This document shows, piece by piece, positions 59,265 through 64,000 of a stretch of 64,000 nt of DNA. The position numbers were made by a program, and so were the translations under genes. Position 1 is the stretch's first letter; every line of letters starts with the position of its first letter. The notes below the pieces were generated by a model that was not told the origin of the DNA, did not search any database, and saw only the letters and a list, made by a program, of their open reading frames with translations. The DNA is from Actinomycetota bacterium (GTDB taxonomy: Bacteria; Actinomycetota; Acidimicrobiia; Acidimicrobiales; SZUA-35): the NCBI GenBank assembly GCA_039029735.1, contig JBCCFL010000034.1, forward strand, positions 1,890 through 65,889, written 5' to 3'.

Positions 59265-62200
59265 ATGGGCACCACGTCGAACACCGGCCCGGGAACACCG
59301 GAGTTGTTCCCCGACATCGATGGCACCGGGGCGCCGAACGGGCCGAGTCTGTCAGGGCGGCGGGTGTTCCAGCTCGCCATCCCGGTCGTCTGCCTCGTGA
59401 TCATCGGTCTCGTGCTCATGGTCGGGCAGCTGTCGGCGGCGCCGGCAGCCGTCGACGCCCAGCTCACCTACGTTGGGTGCGCCACCTTCGCCGGTGAGTC
59501 AGAGCCCTGTGAAACCGGCGTCACCGTTAGCAGCGCTCGGCTCTTCGAACCGTGGGAGGACGACGATCCCTGGTCGAACGACACGTGCGCCGGTGGCCGC
59601 TGGAACGCAACGGCGGGCGCCCGGGCGATCGAGGTACGGGACGGGTGCCGAGGCATGTTCGAGATCAGCTACAGCTCCGACGAGTCCGGCTTCGCCAACC
59701 CCTTCGATGCCAACGTCGGTGTCTCGGTGCACTGCGACGGGGCGCTGTCGAGCGAGGTCACCCGCTGTGATGCCGGTGGCCCGATCGGTGCCGTTCAGGA
59801 CTTCATGTTCGACTGCCCCGGTGGGCTGCGCTGGCAGTCTGGGTGGGACTACTTCGAGACCAAGGGCTGTGGGACCACGCACTTCATCGTGTGGCCGCTG
59901 GTGTGTGCCAACACCCAGCGCAGTGCCGACAACGGGTGCATCGAGACCCCAGGTGGCCAGACCTACGCGGCCGAGATGCGGTGCACGAGTGACAACGAGC
60001 AGCTCACCCGCTGCACCCCCACCGCCGACTTCGTGACGGGTGCCCTCTTCCAGCCCAACGCCTCTTCGGGCTGCGACGGGCGAGTGGACGGTCAATCGGC
60101 GTGGGAGATCGTCGATCCGGCCACGCAGACGGTCGAGGTGTTCAGCGGCTGCGACGCGGTGTTCACCGTGTTCTACAAGGGCGACCCTGGTGCGTTCTCG
60201 GTCTCCTCCGCTGAGCCCTACTCGTTGCATTCGGTTCACTGCGCCGCACCGTCACCGAGCGAGGAGGGCTCGTGCGCCCTCGCGGTGGACAGTGTGCGCC
60301 GGGTGGCGCAGGCCACCGTCACCCAGGGGGACGGCTGCGAGACCTGGTCCAGTACGGCATCGTCGATCACGGTCGACGGGTGCAGCAGCCGCTTCAACGT
60401 CTACCACGAGGGTGAGGTGGTCACGAACCGGGGCACGTTCACCTGCACCACCTACTCCGACTCGACTGGCCCGTCGCCCTGGTTCCGCTGCATGCCCGAC
60501 GTCGACGGCATCACGTCCATCAATCTGATCCGCGAGCTCGCCGCCGGCACCTGCAAGCCGGCTGACGAGCCGGTGCGCTGGCACCGTGACGGCGACGCCG
60601 TGCACGTCTACGCCGAGTGCCAGGGCGAGTTCGAGGTGCTCTACACCGGCCCGGAGAAGAACACCTTCGATGTGCCGGCCGACCAGCCGTTCACCGCATC
60701 GGTGATCGTCTGCGGCGCCAGTGGATCGCGTACCTGCTCGATCCCGACCGGCAGCCGTGTGGAGAGTGTGCACAACACCGCCGGTCACGGCACGGCCACC
60801 AGATGCGCATCGAGTGAGTGGTCGCACAGCACGACCGCCAAGACGATCTCGGTGCAAGGCTGCACGAGCCGGTTCATCGTGTACCACGATGGCGCCACAT
60901 TCGGTGAGGTGGTCGAGATCGACGGCGCAGAGCAGATCAAGTTTCCGTGGGATCGGAACGAGAGCTGGGAGACCTTCTTCGAGGCCGGCCACACCAAGGT
61001 GACCGAGACCGACTACCGGCCCGTGCCGAATCGGGCCGGGGCTGAGGTGCTCGCGCCGGTGGGTGGACGTGCCGAGTACTTCTGCTCGATCGAGCACAAC
61101 ACGGTCGCCGGGGAGGCTCACGCCCTCATCTTCCTCGAAACCGCCTATGGCCGGTTCGAGTTCCATCACCTCGACGTGCCCGACGCCGAGACCCGCTACG
61201 GCGGTGTCGGTGGCACGATCCAGGTGGTTCAGGGCCAGGTTCTCGGTGTGCTCGACGGCGCCACCGGCGAGTTCGAGGACGTGGATCCGATCGACGGGCG
61301 CTTCTGCCACTCGCACTCCGACGGCGTGCACCTGCACATGGTGGTGCCGACCAACGTGACCGAGATGGACGGCGTACCCATCGGCAAGGACGTGTGCGCC
61401 ACGAGCTGCGCTCGCACGTCGACCAACGAGCGGGTTGGTGGGAACCGCACGCGGCCGCCCGAGCCGGCACCCCCCTCGCCGCCAGCCCCCGGGCCCGAGC
61501 CCGAGCCCACCGAATGTGCTCTGCTCACCAACGGTGACTTCTCGGCCGGTACTCAGGCCTGGCGGTCGACCTGGGGTCAGAGCTCGGTGGTCGACGGCGA
61601 GTTGGTGGTGACCGGCGGGATCCGAGTGCAGGATGTGGCGGCGACCGCCGACGAGGTCTACACCTTCACCGGCATAGCCCGCACGATCGGCAACACGCCG
61701 GCGCGCGATGCCGGCATCGACTTCATCGATGGCGCCGGCAACAAGATCTCGGGCTTCAGTGGCGAGGTGCCGGCGAGCGCGTCGGACCGACAGTTCCTGC
61801 TGAGCGCGGTCGCGCCGGCCGGCACCCAACAGGTGCGGGTGTGGGTCTACTCGGGGAACGCGGGAACGACCGTGTTCGATGATCTCTCCCTGACCCCTGC
61901 GTTCTGCGAGGTGCCCATCGCGCCGACGCCGGAGCCGCCGGAGAACCCAGCACCGGCGCCGGCATGTCAGCTCCTCGCGAACGGGAACTTCGACGCTGGC
62001 GTGGACGGCTGGCCCGTCCTGTGGGGCTCTGGCACCGCGGAGGGCGGCGAACTCGTGATGCGCGACGGCGTGCGTTACCAGGATGTGCGAGCCGAGAGCG
62101 GCACGAGCTACACCCTCACCGGCCGCCACCGCACCATCGGTAACACACCGGCCCGTGACGCCGGGATCGACTTCCTCGATGCCAGCCGGCAGAAGCTCTC

Positions 62201-62354
62201 CGGCCACTCCGCTGGCCTCGGCCAGAGTGGTGACGGGGCCACGTTCACCGAGACCGCCACCGCTCCCTCCGGAACTGTGTACGTTCGGGTGTGGGCCTAC
62301 TCCGGTCGGTCCGGAGCCACGGCCTTCGACGATCTGGCGCTGTCGACGTGCTGA
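59265..62354 (+). CDS. Large secreted/surface protein: Cys-rich DUF3011-like repeats + M23-like peptidase + two CBM4_9-like domains
   Basis: GGAGG RBS; signal/TM; about six C..C..C..W..V.V..GC...F.V repeats; VLAPVGG, HHLD, VVQGQVLG, GVHLHM; two L(T/A)NG.F..G...W modules. Confidence 0.75.
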   Translation: MGTTSNTGPGTPELFPDIDGTGAPNGPSLSGRRVFQLAIPVVCLVIIGLVLMVGQLSAAPAAVDAQLTYVGCATFAGESEPCETGVTVSSARLFEPWEDDDPWSNDTCAGGRWNATAGARAIEVRDGCRGMFEISYSSDESGFANPFDANVGVSVHCDGALSSEVTRCDAGGPIGAVQDFMFDCPGGLRWQSGWDYFETKGCGTTHFIVWPLVCANTQRSADNGCIETPGGQTYAAEMRCTSDNEQLTRCTPTADFVTGALFQPNASSGCDGRVDGQSAWEIVDPATQTVEVFSGCDAVFTVFYKGDPGAFSVSSAEPYSLHSVHCAAPSPSEEGSCALAVDSVRRVAQATVTQGDGCETWSSTASSITVDGCSSRFNVYHEGEVVTNRGTFTCTTYSDSTGPSPWFRCMPDVDGITSINLIRELAAGTCKPADEPVRWHRDGDAVHVYAECQGEFEVLYTGPEKNTFDVPADQPFTASVIVCGASGSRTCSIPTGSRVESVHNTAGHGTATRCASSEWSHSTTAKTISVQGCTSRFIVYHDGATFGEVVEIDGAEQIKFPWDRNESWETFFEAGHTKVTETDYRPVPNRAGAEVLAPVGGRAEYFCSIEHNTVAGEAHALIFLETAYGRFEFHHLDVPDAETRYGGVGGTIQVVQGQVLGVLDGATGEFEDVDPIDGRFCHSHSDGVHLHMVVPTNVTEMDGVPIGKDVCATSCARTSTNERVGGNRTRPPEPAPPSPPAPGPEPEPTECALLTNGDFSAGTQAWRSTWGQSSVVDGELVVTGGIRVQDVAATADEVYTFTGIARTIGNTPARDAGIDFIDGAGNKISGFSGEVPASASDRQFLLSAVAPAGTQQVRVWVYSGNAGTTVFDDLSLTPAFCEVPIAPTPEPPENPAPAPACQLLANGNFDAGVDGWPVLWGSGTAEGGELVMRDGVRYQDVRAESGTSYTLTGRHRTIGNTPARDAGIDFLDASRQKLSGHSAGLGQSGDGATFTETATAPSGTVYVRVWAYSGRSGATAFDDLALSTC

Positions 62355-63683
62355 TCAAGCCGCGTCGTCAGGCAGGCCGTACACCCCCCAGCGTTGATGT
62401 CTCGGATCGGGTTCGAGGCAGGTGGAGACGGCAAGGTTCGGACCAGCGCCGGCATCCTCGACCTCGAGACACCAGCCGGTCTCTGCGCTCCGGATGCGGT
62501 AGCCGTTGGTGTGCTCGATATACCACCGCTGGTTCAGCGCGCCATTGCACGGTGAGGTGATCACGGAGTCGCTGGCGTCCACCGTCCAACACGACGAGCC
62601 CTGGGTGTCGGTCACCACGTACCCCTCGTCTGCGGGGCTCACCCGCCACAGCGGATTCACGTCAAAGCGACAGGAGGATCGTTCGAGCACGAGGTTCGCT
62701 CCCGACACCGAGGTGCAGTCGTTGCCGACGAGGAAGGACGAGAACTGCACCGACGCATCGTCGAAGATCGCAAGGAACGTGGTCTGGTCGGCCAACGTGG
62801 TACTGGTCGTCGGTGGGGGCCCCGGGAGGACCGGGATCACCTCGGTCGTCGTCGTTGATGAGGCCGCGCCCGGTGTGGTGGTGGTTGGAGCCGTCGTTTC
62901 GGCGGCGGGAGCCTCGTCTTCTGGGTCGCTCGGCGGCGCCGTCGGTGCGTCCTCGGTGCCCGCATCGACCTCGGCCGGCGCTGCGGCGATACCCCCGGCG
63001 GCGTCCTGCACGGAGTTGGGTCCGAACGGATCCGGCTCGAACGGGGTTGTCGTGCTGGGAACCGGTGCCGGCGCAACCGGCCCGTTGAGGATCAGGTCGG
63101 CGTCACCCCCACCGAAGGCGACGACGATGCCCGCAACCACGACGGCAAGCGCGATGGTGGCGATGATCAGCTGACGCAGACGGGTCAGCCCCCGGCGCTG
63201 GTGGGTCCGAACGGTGCTTGCCTCCACTTGCATGATGTCGGCAGCCTCAGACGACGTCATTTGTGAGAAGAAGCGCAGTCGGAGCGCCTCCTCTTGAGGT
63301 GATGAGAGCTGGGTGAGCAGCGCATTCATATCGATACCGGCCGCGACTTCGTCGTCGAACGACGTGGCCAGGAAGTCCTCGATGTCGTTGTGGTCAGCGA
63401 TGTCTTCGGTGGGTGCCGCCCGTTCTCGGGCCGTGCGATTTCGGGCGGCCTTGTACAGATATGCCCGCAAGACCGGTTCGTCGGTGCTGCGCAGGCGATC
63501 AAAAGCGCGGGCCAGATCGAGCAAGGCGAGATCGGCCACGCCCTCGGCGTCGTCGGCCCCCCGCCGGAGCGCGTAGCGCACGAGGTCGGACCGATAGCGG
63601 CGGTAGATCGTGTCGAAGTCGGGCGGGGCGCCCCGACCCGGGTCAGCCGGGTGCGTCGACTGGGTTGTTCGGCTCTGCGCCAT
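62355..63683 (-). CDS. ECF sigma factor fused to a TM helix, Pro/Thr linker and ricin-B-like lectin domain
   Basis: Sigma2 FDTIYRRY...DAE....RAYLYKAARN; sigma4 LS..QEEAL.LRFF......EAA........VRTHQRRGL; TM; SC..V...C.....QRW repeats. Confidence 0.82.
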   Translation of the reverse strand: MAQSRTTQSTHPADPGRGAPPDFDTIYRRYRSDLVRYALRRGADDAEGVADLALLDLARAFDRLRSTDEPVLRAYLYKAARNRTARERAAPTEDIADHNDIEDFLATSFDDEVAAGIDMNALLTQLSSPQEEALRLRFFSQMTSSEAADIMQVEASTVRTHQRRGLTRLRQLIIATIALAVVVAGIVVAFGGGDADLILNGPVAPAPVPSTTTPFEPDPFGPNSVQDAAGGIAAAPAEVDAGTEDAPTAPPSDPEDEAPAAETTAPTTTTPGAASSTTTTEVIPVLPGPPPTTSTTLADQTTFLAIFDDASVQFSSFLVGNDCTSVSGANLVLERSSCRFDVNPLWRVSPADEGYVVTDTQGSSCWTVDASDSVITSPCNGALNQRWYIEHTNGYRIRSAETGWCLEVEDAGAGPNLAVSTCLEPDPRHQRWGVYGLPDDAA

Positions 63684-63952
63684 TGTCGGCTCCGGTCAGC
63701 GAATGGCGACGCAACGTAGCCGACGACGGGGTCGGCGCAACAGGGTGGTTGTCCATGCCCTTACGTCGCGTGTTATGGGCAGAATCACCCAATCGATCGG
63801 CCGCGTCATCAGGATCGACCCCAACCGACCCTCTCCCCCTGGAAGCAGGTTGAAGGTGCCGGGCGCAGTGCGCCAGGCGGAATCGGGCGAGGAGCAACAG
63901 GGTGCATTCACGGTTCGAACTCGGACACGACGACGACATCGGGCGATTCGAT

Positions 63953-64000
63953 GTGAGGTGGCTGATCGGAGGGCTCGCCGCGGCCGTTGCCCTCCTGGCC
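63953..64000 (+). CDS. Probable start of a secreted protein, 3'-truncated by the window edge
   Basis: GTG then VRWLIGGLAAAVALLA, signal-peptide-like; divergent from the ECF gene. Confidence 0.4.
   Translation, partial: MRWLIGGLAAAVALLA

Overview
A 64-kb, high-GC, gene-dense chromosomal segment from an actinobacterium. The markers are mycothiol amidase Mca, an F420-dependent LLM enzyme, NucS/EndoMS, fused Kgd and many leaderless genes; class Acidimicrobiia is an inference. Most of the roughly 55 CDS are housekeeping or lipid/CoA-metabolism genes. I saw no rRNA, tRNA, CRISPR array, integrase or transposase. Highlights: (1) a hidden selenoprotein, where two apparent ORFs (28125-29120, minus) are one PrdB/GrdB-family gene read through an in-frame UGA in a UxxC motif, followed by a SECIS-like hairpin, with no reductase partners nearby; (2) a coupled operon of a stand-alone NRPS adenylation domain (no carrier protein) and a membrane FAD/NAD(P)H ferric-reductase-like protein, resembling a split bacterial version of fungal TmpL/NPS12; (3) a Regnase-like NYN RNase-S1 protein fused in frame to a histone-H1-like tail that has its own internal RBS and start; (4) a membrane-tethered ECF sigma-ricin lectin fusion next to a DUF3011/M23/CBM surface protein; (5) a duplicated MgtE plus PhoU/TrkA-C pair of archaeal style; (6) a PafBC-like promoter on uvrD2 and a weaker one on an uncalled 56-aa ORF. 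All family calls come from reading motifs by eye, not from database searches.
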